Assembly: GCA_945859975.1 (NCBI GenBank)
Contig: CAMAPH010000005.1
Coordinates: 1-64,000, forward strand
Reading direction: 5' to 3'
DNA: 64,000 nt
From: Chthonomonas calidirosea
Lineage (GTDB): Bacteria > Armatimonadota > Fimbriimonadia > Fimbriimonadales > Fimbriimonadaceae
Every line of letters starts with the position of its first letter. The first letter of the stretch is position 1. This document shows positions 39,895 through 48,831 of this stretch, in pieces. Below the pieces are notes generated by a model. It was not told the origin of the DNA and ran no database searches. It was given only the letters and a program-made list of their open reading frames with translations. Position numbers and translations under genes: made by a program.

Positions 39895-40434
39895 ATGAAC
39901 AATAGATCGATTACGATTGCCGTCATTGTCGCCGGAATCCTCGTTGCCGTCGGGGTCAATTTTGCAGTACGGCAGAGCACGAGCACCGGCGACGCCGAGT
40001 CTCTGCGCGCCCAACAAAAGGCGGCTGGGCTACCGGAGAACGCGACCGCGGTTCGCAGACCAAATCCGGGCCAGATGTTTGCCAGCCTGAATCTCACGGA
40101 AGACCAGAAGACAAAGGTCGATGCGGTGATGAAAGAGATGCAGGCCGAAATGCGAAACGGCCCTCGACCCGGTTCCTCCTCCGGCGCCAACCCGGAACAG
40201 ATGTTCGCGCGAATGCAGGAGATGCGGACCAAACAAGAGGGGAAGCTCAAGGACATCCTGACCGCGGAGCAATTCGCCCAGTTCCAGAAAGAGCAACAGG
40301 AGCGCGTCGCAAACATGCCGGCAATGGGTGGCCTAGGTGGTCCCGGTGGTCCTGGCATGGGTGGGCCGCCAATGGGAATGCCCGGAATGGGAGGCCCCTC
40401 GATGGGCGGACCGCCAAGCGGCATTCCTAACTGA
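39895..40434 (+). CDS. Spy/CpxP-like LTxxQ protein with Gly/Pro/Met-rich tail
   Basis: N-terminal TM/signal. LNLTEDQK and ILTAEQ motifs. Confidence 0.7.
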   Translation: MNNRSITIAVIVAGILVAVGVNFAVRQSTSTGDAESLRAQQKAAGLPENATAVRRPNPGQMFASLNLTEDQKTKVDAVMKEMQAEMRNGPRPGSSSGANPEQMFARMQEMRTKQEGKLKDILTAEQFAQFQKEQQERVANMPAMGGLGGPGGPGMGGPPMGMPGMGGPSMGGPPSGIPN

Positions 40435-40474
40435 ACGCCTATTTTCAACACCCGATCAATCCGAGCCCAAAAAC

Positions 40475-41185
40475 ATGAAAAACAGAACTGCCTTCACGCT
40501 CATCGAGCTTCTCGTCGTCATCGCGATTATTGCGATCCTCGCCGCCATCCTCTTCCCCGTCTTCGCCCAGGCTAAGGAATCTGGGAAAAAGAGCACTTGC
40601 CTTAGCAATGCCAAGCAGCTTGGAACCGCGACCTACTTGTACTTTGGCGACAATGATGATCAACTGATGAATGCCGTTTTCGGACCTCCCGGCGCAGGTT
40701 TGGAAGGTGGCTGGATCTACTTCGACGAGTTCCCCGCGAACACCGTCACCGAGCGTGCCGACGGATTCGATGCCAAAAGAGGCTCGCTCTACCCGTACAT
40801 CAAGTCGGCCGAGGTTTTCGTTTGCCCGAGCGATGTCAACGGTCGGAACAGTGGGAATACCTACGCCATCAACAGCTGCCTCACCAAGATTGAGAGCTTC
40901 GGGTTCGCCACGGGAAAGAGCTCAACCTCTACCGAAAGTCCGGCGCAGTTTGTGCTCTTTGGTGAGGAAGTCTTTGACGATGAAGGCGCCGGCGATGCCT
41001 CGTTCCTCTCACAGTCATCGACCCCCGACGGCTTCCTCGTTTATCCCATCAAATACCTGTCGACTCGGCACAGCGGCGGTAGCAACTCAACCTTCCTTGA
41101 TGGCCATGCGAAGTGGTACAAGCCAGAGCAATTGATTGCCCAAAGCCTTCTCACGGGTGGGGATGCGCTTCAAACCTGCCAGTAA
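40475..41185 (+). CDS. Prepilin-type N-methylation domain protein (DUF1559 / H-X9-DG-CTERM type)
   Basis: [55 protein letters not shown]. Confidence 0.92.
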   Translation: MKNRTAFTLIELLVVIAIIAILAAILFPVFAQAKESGKKSTCLSNAKQLGTATYLYFGDNDDQLMNAVFGPPGAGLEGGWIYFDEFPANTVTERADGFDAKRGSLYPYIKSAEVFVCPSDVNGRNSGNTYAINSCLTKIESFGFATGKSSTSTESPAQFVLFGEEVFDDEGAGDASFLSQSSTPDGFLVYPIKYLSTRHSGGSNSTFLDGHAKWYKPEQLIAQSLLTGGDALQTCQ

Positions 41186-41195
41186 GTGAGAGCGC

Positions 41196-42542
41196 TTACC
41201 GCCGAATAAGGGCAACCAGTTCGGCGGTCTTCTCTTCCATCAAAGCGCGGTCTCCGCGAGATTCGACGTTCAGTCGAATCACGGGCTCGGTATTTGATCC
41301 GCGCAGGTTGAAGCGCCAGGTTCCAAGATCAATCGACAGTCCGTCCGTGTGATCCACCGTGCCCTGCGGGCCGTAGACTGCCTCCGCCTCCGCCAAGACG
41401 TCCGAAACGCTGTTCACCTTGCTGTTCACTTCTCCGCTGCACGGATAATTCTCGATCATCTCGGTCACGAGGTCACCAAGTGATCGACCGGTCTGGGAAA
41501 CCAGTTTCGCGACCAAGAGGAACGGAATCATGCCGCTGTCGCAGTACCAGTGAGATTTGAAATAGTGGTGGGCGCTCATCTCGCCGCCGTAGGTCGCATC
41601 GACTGCCCGCATCTTCTCTTTGATGAAGGCATGGCCAGACTTGCACATCACCGGATTTCCGCCGAGCTTCTCGACGATGTCAAGCGTGTTCCAGGTCAAG
41701 CGTGGGTCGTAAACGATGGTGTCTTTGGTGCCATCCGTGAGTAGCGACTGCGCGAGAAGGCCAACGATGTAGTAGCCCTCGATAAAGTTGCCGTGCTCGT
41801 CGAAGAAGAAGCAGCGATCGTAGTCGCCATCCCATGCCACACCGAAGTCGTGATCGCTCGACTTGAGTTGAGCTTCAGTTTCTGCTCGAGATTCCTCAAG
41901 AATAGGGTTGGGAACGCCGTGCGGGAAGTTGCCATCTGGCTCGAAGAGTCGCTTCGTGATCTGAAGCGGCAGGTGCGGTAGGAGCTGCTCCAAGGCAACC
42001 CCGGCGGCACCATTGCCGACATCACAAAGCACTTTAAGGGGCTTCAGCGAGCTCGGGCTAACGATGTTCAGGAGGTGCTGGGTGAAGTCGGCATAGACGT
42101 CCTTCTCAATCCGCTTGCCTTCTCCGGTTCGCTCCCACTTCTGCTCAAAGGCGCGCTGCTCAATCTCATTGAGTCCGGTGTCGCCGCTAATGGGTCGGCT
42201 CTCTTCGCGAACCATTTTGAGGCCGTTGTACTCCGGCGGGTTGTGGCTGGCGGTGATCATGCAACCACCGTCGTAGCCGTAGAACGCGGTCGCAAAGTAG
42301 ACCATCTCCGTTCCAACCATTCCGAGGTGAACCACATCGACGCCGGCATCATTCAATCCGCGCGCGAAGGCGTCATACAGTTCGGGGCCGCTGAGGCGGA
42401 TGTCGTAGCCAACGCACACGACCTTTGGCTGAATGGCATCCGCGTAAGCTCGTCCGACTCGGTAAGCAAGGTCAGGATTTAGTTCGGTCGGAACTACGCC
42501 GCGAACGTCATATGCCTTAAATGCCGGAAAGAACTTACCCAT
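41196..42542 (-). CDS. manB: Phosphomannomutase/phosphoglucomutase
   Basis: FKAYDVRG, TASHNP, DGDYDR, GEMSAH, RGSNTEP. Confidence 0.92.
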   Translation of the reverse strand: MGKFFPAFKAYDVRGVVPTELNPDLAYRVGRAYADAIQPKVVCVGYDIRLSGPELYDAFARGLNDAGVDVVHLGMVGTEMVYFATAFYGYDGGCMITASHNPPEYNGLKMVREESRPISGDTGLNEIEQRAFEQKWERTGEGKRIEKDVYADFTQHLLNIVSPSSLKPLKVLCDVGNGAAGVALEQLLPHLPLQITKRLFEPDGNFPHGVPNPILEESRAETEAQLKSSDHDFGVAWDGDYDRCFFFDEHGNFIEGYYIVGLLAQSLLTDGTKDTIVYDPRLTWNTLDIVEKLGGNPVMCKSGHAFIKEKMRAVDATYGGEMSAHHYFKSHWYCDSGMIPFLLVAKLVSQTGRSLGDLVTEMIENYPCSGEVNSKVNSVSDVLAEAEAVYGPQGTVDHTDGLSIDLGTWRFNLRGSNTEPVIRLNVESRGDRALMEEKTAELVALIRR

Positions 42543-42630
42543 GCGCTGATTGTAACCCGGCACCGCAAGTACCTTGTGCCAGACGGCAACGTTGAGGTGA
42601 CTTTCGACCGGGTCAGGTACGTTCGAAAGC

Positions 42631-43482
42631 GTGAATTTGTCTCATTTGATCGGCGCTCACATGCCCACCGGCAAAGGACTCGGCAACGCCGTACGCGCCG
42701 GTAAAGCCATCGGCTGCACCGCTGTTCAGGTGTTTACAAGTTCTCCGCAAACATGGCGAGCAAAAGCCATTACCTCCGACATGGTTGAGGATTTTCGTGC
42801 GGCGAAGGAAGAAACCGGCATCAGCGCCATCGTGAGTCATGACAGTTATCTGGTCAATCTCTGTGCACCCGATTTGGACAAGCGAGCCCAATCCATTCGC
42901 GGGCTAACTGATGAACTTCGCCGATGCTCGACTTACGGAATTGGGTTCGTTGTCTCGCACATGGGCAGCCACATGGGCCAAGGGGTGGAAGAAGGCATCC
43001 GGGCCGTGGCGGAGTCCGCCAAAGAAGTCCTTGCCGAGTCCCCGGATGACGTGATTCTCCTCATGGAAACGACGGCCGGTCAAGGAAGTGCGCTCAACCA
43101 CCGGTTCGAGGAGATCGCCAGCATGCTTGAGCAAATCGATTCCCCACGAGTCGGGGTCTGCCTGGATACGTGCCACATCTTCGCGGCGGGATACGACATT
43201 CGCACCGAGGAAACCTACGCGGCCACCTTCGAGGAGTTCGACCGTATCGTCGGCACGAGCCACATCAAGGCAATCCATGTGAACGACAGCAAGAAAGCGC
43301 TCGGTAGCCGCGTTGATCGGCACGACCATCTTGGTGAAGGCGAGATCGGCCCGGTGGCGTTCCGGTGCTTGGTGAACGACTCGCGGTTCCTGGGCGTCCC
43401 GATGACGGTGGAAACACCAGATGCGGAAACGGACCACGTTCGAAACGTTGCGCTCCTCTGGGAACTTGTTTCTGGGGGTTGA
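42631..43482 (+). CDS. nfo: Endonuclease IV
   Basis: HDSYLVNL, LMETTAGQG, CLDTCHIFAAG, HVNDSK, DRHD, ETP. Confidence 0.96.
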   Translation: MNLSHLIGAHMPTGKGLGNAVRAGKAIGCTAVQVFTSSPQTWRAKAITSDMVEDFRAAKEETGISAIVSHDSYLVNLCAPDLDKRAQSIRGLTDELRRCSTYGIGFVVSHMGSHMGQGVEEGIRAVAESAKEVLAESPDDVILLMETTAGQGSALNHRFEEIASMLEQIDSPRVGVCLDTCHIFAAGYDIRTEETYAATFEEFDRIVGTSHIKAIHVNDSKKALGSRVDRHDHLGEGEIGPVAFRCLVNDSRFLGVPMTVETPDAETDHVRNVALLWELVSGG

Positions 43483-43506
43483 ACAGAAACGTAAGGAGCG
43501 TTTTCT

Positions 43507-43583
43507 TGGGGCGGATAATGGGTCTCGAACCCACGGCCTCCTGAGCCACAGTCAGGCGCTCTAACCCCTGAGCTATACCCGCC
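43507..43583 (-). tRNA. tRNA-His(GTG) with G-1 and encoded CCA
   Basis: Reverse complement GGCGGGTATAGCTCAGGGGTTAGAGCGCCTGACTGTGGCTCAGGAGGCCGTGGGTTCGAGACCCATTATCCGCCCCA folds into a cloverleaf with anticodon GTG and a G-1:C73 pair. Confidence 0.97.
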
Positions 43584-43620
43584 GAACCCATAAATGATAC
43601 CCAAGCCCAAAGCCGATCGC

Positions 43621-43935
43621 TCACTGGTCGCGATTGGGCGGCTTTGGTGACCAGTTAGCGGGAAGCGGGGGCGGCTCCGATGCGTTCTTTCGGGCTCGGA
43701 TAACAATCCAAGGCAAAGCAACCACTTTCACCGCAATCGTCGCCACCAGAATCCAGATTGTCCAAGTGATGACATTGCCAATCGCGACATCCAAGCCGTT
43801 CAGTTCGCTATAGATCCCGTTCTCGCGCTCTCGGTTGAAGACCATTTGGAGCAGATACAAAATCCCGATCCCCGCGACATCGAAGATCATTGTCGCGATC
43901 ACGCACCCGGGACCCATGAATTTGCGCTGGTTCAC
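43621..43935 (-). CDS. Hypothetical 2-TM protein
   Basis: Two hydrophobic helices and a Pro-rich tail. Confidence 0.6.
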   Translation of the reverse strand: MNQRKFMGPGCVIATMIFDVAGIGILYLLQMVFNRERENGIYSELNGLDVAIGNVITWTIWILVATIAVKVVALPWIVIRARKNASEPPPLPANWSPKPPNRDQ

Positions 43936-43994
43936 CCTTTAAGCAATATAGCTTTTTGAAGCTACCATCGTCCCGGAAATGCCAGACTTGCCAC

Positions 43995-44501
43995 GTGTCG
44001 GAAGTCCTCATCGCGTTCGGAAGCAACCTGGGTGACCGGCTTGGTCAGATTCAGCGCGCGATCGACGCCCTCTCGGGTCCTGTTCGCTGGCGAATGGTCA
44101 GTCGGGTCTATGGCACTTCGCCGATGTACGTTGCCGATCAGCCGACCTTTCTGAACGCTGCCGCACACGGTGAAACCGACCTTGATCCGATTGCATTACT
44201 TGCGCTGCTTAAGCAGACCGAGCGGGACCTTGGCCGAAAGCCAGGACTGCGATTTGGGCCAAGAGAAATCGACCTTGATTTGATCGATATGCGGGGCGTG
44301 ACGATGGAGACTGAGCAATTGGTCCTACCTCATCCGCGAGTGACCGAACGTCGCTTTGTGCTTATTCCGATCTTGGACGTTGCGCCAGATTGGCAATTTG
44401 CGGGTTTTTGTATCCCAGACCTGCTCAAGCAAACAGAAGATCAAGCAGAATCCGTCTTAGAGGTAATCGATGCCGTTCTACACCTACCAGGCCACGAATA
44501 G
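43995..44501 (+). CDS. folK: 6-hydroxymethyl-7,8-dihydropterin pyrophosphokinase
   Basis: IAFGSNLGDR, FLNAA, GPREIDLDL, LPHPR..ERRFVL. Confidence 0.95.
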   Translation: MSEVLIAFGSNLGDRLGQIQRAIDALSGPVRWRMVSRVYGTSPMYVADQPTFLNAAAHGETDLDPIALLALLKQTERDLGRKPGLRFGPREIDLDLIDMRGVTMETEQLVLPHPRVTERRFVLIPILDVAPDWQFAGFCIPDLLKQTEDQAESVLEVIDAVLHLPGHE

Positions 44502-45813
44502 CCAAGGCAAATCCATAAAGGGCAGCATTCAGGCGGATAGCCAAGCCTCGGCCCAGGATGCTCTGCAAAGGCAGGGCTTCCAAAGGGTGAGCTTTGTGGG
44601 CAAGTCGGCGACGGGTGTTGGCCCAACGGCGAAGCGCGCGACCGTAGCTACTCCACCTGCGTTCGCAGCTGCTCCTAGTGCAGCGCGAACGGCCTCTCCA
44701 CCAGCAGCGCCACGTCAGCCACAGGTTACAGCGCCCGCAACGCCTTCGGCGATCCGAACTAAGATTGGCTCGCACAAAACACGCTACTTCCTCTTCACGC
44801 AGTTAGCGGCCGCAATCCGATCTGGCATCGCCCCCAGTGCGGCGATGACCGATATCTCCGCCAGAACTCAAGAACCGTTTCCAGAAGCTTTGCGAGAAAT
44901 TGCCGACCGGGTTACCGAAGGTGGGAGCATCGCTGACGCAATGGAGAGGTACCCGGACTTGTTTCCTCCCGACGTCGTCGGCACAACTCGGGCCGGTGAG
45001 ACGGGCGGATTCTTACCCGAGGCATTTGATGAGATCGCACGACAAAACATCGCCGCGCATCACTTCCAGCGTTGGTTCAGATGGGTTTACGTCCTCGTCG
45101 TAAACGCAGTCCTCGGCCTCACCTTCATGCAGTACGCGATGAATTCGCTTTTTGATATGTGGCGCTATGCCGACAAAACCGGCGGCGTCGGTCAGGACTA
45201 CTATGCGGCGAATCGGCAGATCATGTGGAGCAGGTTCCTCTGGCCGGATGGACCGATCATTCTCTCCATCTGCTTGCTTCTCTGGTTGGCGAAAGAGATC
45301 TTTATGTCCCGAAAGGCCACGCCGTTGCGGCATCGGCTCGGGCTCAAGCTTCCCATTCTCGGACCGCGAGCCCGAAACGAAGGTTACGCCCGACTTTCAT
45401 GGGTGCTTTCCCGCTTGAGCCGAGCCGGCTTACCGCACGGAACGGCCTATCTCCTTGCTACCGACTCCGTTCCAAACCGCGAACTTTCGGCGAATCTGGA
45501 AGAAGCCGCCAGGGGAATGACCGAGCGAGACAGACTGTCGGATATCTTTGCTCGCCACCGAAATTTTCCCGAGGAGTTCGGCGCGACGATGGCGACCGCC
45601 GAGTACACGGGCGACTTGCCGGGTGGCCTTGACCATTTGACTCAGATGAGTTCAGCCGACTACATTGCGAAAGAAACCTATGCGAAGTTCAGGCTCGGAC
45701 TCATGGGTTGGGCGGTGCTAATCATTACGGGTCTTTTGATTGGCATGATTCTGTTGAAAGCCTGGTATGTCGACCTGCCCAAAGAAGTACTGTCCGGTTT
45801 AGAACCGTCGTAA
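44470..45813 (+). CDS. Type II secretion F / PilC family protein (divergent copy)
   Basis: MPFYTYQA..G, YPDLFP, AGETGG.L, AEYTGDL. Confidence 0.85.
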   Translation: MPFYTYQATNSQGKSIKGSIQADSQASAQDALQRQGFQRVSFVGKSATGVGPTAKRATVATPPAFAAAPSAARTASPPAAPRQPQVTAPATPSAIRTKIGSHKTRYFLFTQLAAAIRSGIAPSAAMTDISARTQEPFPEALREIADRVTEGGSIADAMERYPDLFPPDVVGTTRAGETGGFLPEAFDEIARQNIAAHHFQRWFRWVYVLVVNAVLGLTFMQYAMNSLFDMWRYADKTGGVGQDYYAANRQIMWSRFLWPDGPIILSICLLLWLAKEIFMSRKATPLRHRLGLKLPILGPRARNEGYARLSWVLSRLSRAGLPHGTAYLLATDSVPNRELSANLEEAARGMTERDRLSDIFARHRNFPEEFGATMATAEYTGDLPGGLDHLTQMSSADYIAKETYAKFRLGLMGWAVLIITGLLIGMILLKAWYVDLPKEVLSGLEPS

Positions 45814-45821
45814 AAAATCCT

Positions 45822-47132
45822 ATGCCTACCTTTGAGTACCAAGCGACAAAGTCCACCGGGGAATCCACGCGTGGATTGCAATTCGGCGCGACCTTGGAGC
45901 AGGTGCTCAAGGACCTTGCCGACAAGGGTTTGAACGTCACCCAGATTGGCGTTGCGGCGACCAGCGGTTTTCCCGCCGATCCGCTTGCCGCGCAGCCGAT
46001 GCCGATGGCTGCTCCGACAGAAGTCCGGGCGGAGGGACCATTCGAAGTTCCAACGTCCGCTCCCGGGCCCGAAAAGGACACTTTCAGCGAACGGTCTTAC
46101 GCCGCGACCAGCGTTTGGGGCCCGTTGGTCGGTCAAGTGCCGCTGAAGAATCTCGTCTTCTTCTTCCGACAAGGCGGGACGATGTTGCACGCTGGCGTTC
46201 CGATGGTGCAGGCATTCAACACCCTCGCAAACCAGTCAAAGAATCCAAAGCTGCAAGGGATTTTGCGCGAAGTTTCCGGACATATCGAAGCAGGACGACC
46301 GATCTCATTTGGCCTCCAGCGTTACCCAGAAGTTTTTAATGGCGTGATCATCAGCATGCTCCGCGCCGGCGAAAAGGGCGGCTTTCTCGATCAGGCGATG
46401 AGCGATATTGCCGACTATTTGGAGCGCGAACTTGAAATCCGCAACCTGTACAAGCGGCTGACGTTCTATCCAAAAATCCAGGTCTGGGCATCGATCGTTA
46501 TCGTCCTTGCGGCCAACGCGATCATCGCGAGTGTCAATGCCAGCGCCGGACAGTTGAGCTCTCCGTTGACCACGCCATCGACTTGGATCTGGCTTGGACC
46601 GCTGATCATCCTCATCTTGCTTTTTCGAAAGGTCGGATTGGCCAACCCGCAGATTCGCTATCAGTGGGACCAGTTCACCACCAAGCTCCCCGTGTTTGGA
46701 CAGACCATGCAGGAGCTTGCAATGGCCCGATTTGGCCGCGCCTTTGGCGCAATGACCAAGAGCGGGGTTCCACTCTCTGCCGCCATGAAGATCAGCGCCG
46801 ATGCTTGCGGGAACGAGTACTTGCGGTCGCTTATGTATCCGGCGGTTGACCGTCTTGAAACAGGAGCCGGAATCACGGAGACTCTTAAAGACACTCGAGC
46901 CTTCTCGCCCATCGTGCTCGATATGATTGCCACCGGCGAAACCACCGGCAACCTGGACCTCATGCTCAACAAAATGAGCGAGTTTTACGAGCAAGAGGCA
47001 ACGACAAAGTCAACCCAGCTTGCCTACTTGGTCGGCGTTGTCCTCGGTCTTTGCGTTGCAATCTACATCGGATACATCGTCATCAACTTCTACACCGGCT
47101 ACTTCAGCGGGCTTCAACGCGCCGCGAACTGA
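45822..47132 (+). CDS. pilC: Type II secretion F / PilC family protein
   Basis: MPTFEYQA, AGVPMVQA, AGEKGGFLD, GETTGNLDLML. Confidence 0.88.
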   Translation: MPTFEYQATKSTGESTRGLQFGATLEQVLKDLADKGLNVTQIGVAATSGFPADPLAAQPMPMAAPTEVRAEGPFEVPTSAPGPEKDTFSERSYAATSVWGPLVGQVPLKNLVFFFRQGGTMLHAGVPMVQAFNTLANQSKNPKLQGILREVSGHIEAGRPISFGLQRYPEVFNGVIISMLRAGEKGGFLDQAMSDIADYLERELEIRNLYKRLTFYPKIQVWASIVIVLAANAIIASVNASAGQLSSPLTTPSTWIWLGPLIILILLFRKVGLANPQIRYQWDQFTTKLPVFGQTMQELAMARFGRAFGAMTKSGVPLSAAMKISADACGNEYLRSLMYPAVDRLETGAGITETLKDTRAFSPIVLDMIATGETTGNLDLMLNKMSEFYEQEATTKSTQLAYLVGVVLGLCVAIYIGYIVINFYTGYFSGLQRAAN

Positions 47133-47237
47133 GTGTGGCCAAACAAGCTTAAAGTTCGAGATAAGGTATTGCCTTAATCATGGCAATAACTTGCTCCAAC
47201 AGGGAACAATACTAAATTGTTCAGGAGGAGCGGTGGA

Positions 47238-48314
47238 TTGGCAGATCATTACGAAACCCTAGGCATCGACCGCACCGCCTCGGGCAACGAAATCAAATCG
47301 GCATACCGCCGAATTGTGTTGCACCACCACCCGGACAAGTCCGGTTCCGCCGAGTCGAAGCGCATCTTCCTGGCCGCCACGGATGCCTACACCGTACTGA
47401 ACGACCCAAACGCGCGGCGTGAATACAACCAACTGCTGGCAAAGCAGGACGAGCGCAAGCGAGAAGAAGTCGCCTATATCGAGCAAGCCGCCGCAAGGGC
47501 CGACGCACGAGAGGAGATCATTGTCCAGCGCTCGAAAACCGACCTTGCAGAGCTGCAAAATCGCCTTTCCGTCGCCTTTGCCCGCGGGCAAACGTCCACG
47601 GCAGAAAGGCTCGCGATTGAGCTCCTTCAATCTTCAATTCGGCAGCCGATGGCCCATGCGGTGTTGGGAGATATCGCCCGGGCACGCGGAGACCTGAATG
47701 AAGCGGCGAAGCGATATGCCTATGCCGCCCAGTTCGAACCCGACAATCCGGTCTATCAGCGTCGATATGAAGAGCTACTCAACGGCTCGATGATGGTCTC
47801 GGGTCGGAGTGGCGAGTTTCTTGGAACAATGGCTCCGAGCAGAAAAGCCTTGGCCGGGGGTGCGGCGATGGCAATCATCATTGCCATTTGTTCGGCGTTC
47901 TTGCGCGGAGCGTCCACCGAGGTTCTCTGGAGCGCGCTTTACTTCGTCGCCGCCGCGAGTTTGGGGATTGGCTTGAGTTGCGGCCGATGGATTGAGCGCT
48001 CCGAATCCGTCCTGAAATCTGCAACCGGAAGTTTTGGTGTCGGCTCGTTGCTGATGGGCATCTCGGTACTGAATACTTGGGCTGGCGTTATCGTCTATGC
48101 CCTTATCGCTTTCTTTCAAGAAGTCCGCATTGTCGTCTTGCACTCGATTCTTCCTGGCCTAGTCGTGCTTGCGGTGCTATTCGGAATCAGCGGGGCGATC
48201 AGTGGTTCTTTCGGCTTTGGCGTTGGAACATTTGTTGTCACCGCGCCAGGCGGACTTGGCTTCCTTATTGGCTGGTTGCTCGGAGATGCGCTCCGAACTT
48301 CGGCTAATGAGTGA
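47238..48314 (+). CDS. J-domain protein with TPR-like segment and multi-TM C-terminus
   Basis: DHYETLG, HHPDK, TPR-like AHAVLGDI...AAQFEPDN, hydrophobic C-terminal half, AGGAGG SD. Confidence 0.85.
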   Translation: MADHYETLGIDRTASGNEIKSAYRRIVLHHHPDKSGSAESKRIFLAATDAYTVLNDPNARREYNQLLAKQDERKREEVAYIEQAAARADAREEIIVQRSKTDLAELQNRLSVAFARGQTSTAERLAIELLQSSIRQPMAHAVLGDIARARGDLNEAAKRYAYAAQFEPDNPVYQRRYEELLNGSMMVSGRSGEFLGTMAPSRKALAGGAAMAIIIAICSAFLRGASTEVLWSALYFVAAASLGIGLSCGRWIERSESVLKSATGSFGVGSLLMGISVLNTWAGVIVYALIAFFQEVRIVVLHSILPGLVVLAVLFGISGAISGSFGFGVGTFVVTAPGGLGFLIGWLLGDALRTSANE

Positions 48315-48366
48315 ACATAACCGCAAAAACCGCGCAAAGTAGCGTCCGGCGCGCCTACACTGAGAC

Positions 48367-48831
48367 ATGGCTACCTTATCCGAGCTTCGCGGGCGCGCTG
48401 TCATTTCTTTGGCTGAGGGTGAAAAACTGGGAACAGTGAAAGACCTTGTGCTTCATCCGGGCGATCGAGAAATCGAAGGCTTTGTTTTGGAAACCGGCGG
48501 TCCCGACTCATTCCTTCCTTTCGGCCGATTTGGGAAAGTCGGTCCGGACGCGATTATTGTGGAAAGCAAGCAAGCGGTCGAACCTGCCGGACAAATGAAC
48601 GGGAGCCTACAAGTCGCAGATATTTCCAAAATGGAAGTCATGAACTCGGACGGCACGAAGCTGGGACAAGTCGCAGACATCGACTTCGATCTCACCACCG
48701 GCGCGCTCAACACTATCGAACTTAAGGCCGGCGGCGTGTTTGGTCTAGGCGCGCAGAAGTCCAGCATTCCGTCGTCGCAAATCCGCGCTTTTGGCGCGGA
48801 CGTCATCACGATTCAAGCTCCGTCTAGCTAG
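48367..48831 (+). CDS. Tandem PRC-barrel domain protein
   Basis: Two G.KLG.V.D repeats, each ending G.D.I. Confidence 0.85.
   Translation: MATLSELRGRAVISLAEGEKLGTVKDLVLHPGDREIEGFVLETGGPDSFLPFGRFGKVGPDAIIVESKQAVEPAGQMNGSLQVADISKMEVMNSDGTKLGQVADIDFDLTTGALNTIELKAGGVFGLGAQKSSIPSSQIRAFGADVITIQAPSS

Noticed and set aside
40325..40430. Repetitive GGN/CCN-rich DNA
   Set aside because: Encodes the Gly/Pro/Met low-complexity tail. It is not a CRISPR array or tandem DNA repeat.
43507..43583. tRNA-His as a prophage or island attachment site
   Set aside because: No integrase and no duplicated tRNA 3' end noticed in the window. nfo and folK lie nearby.
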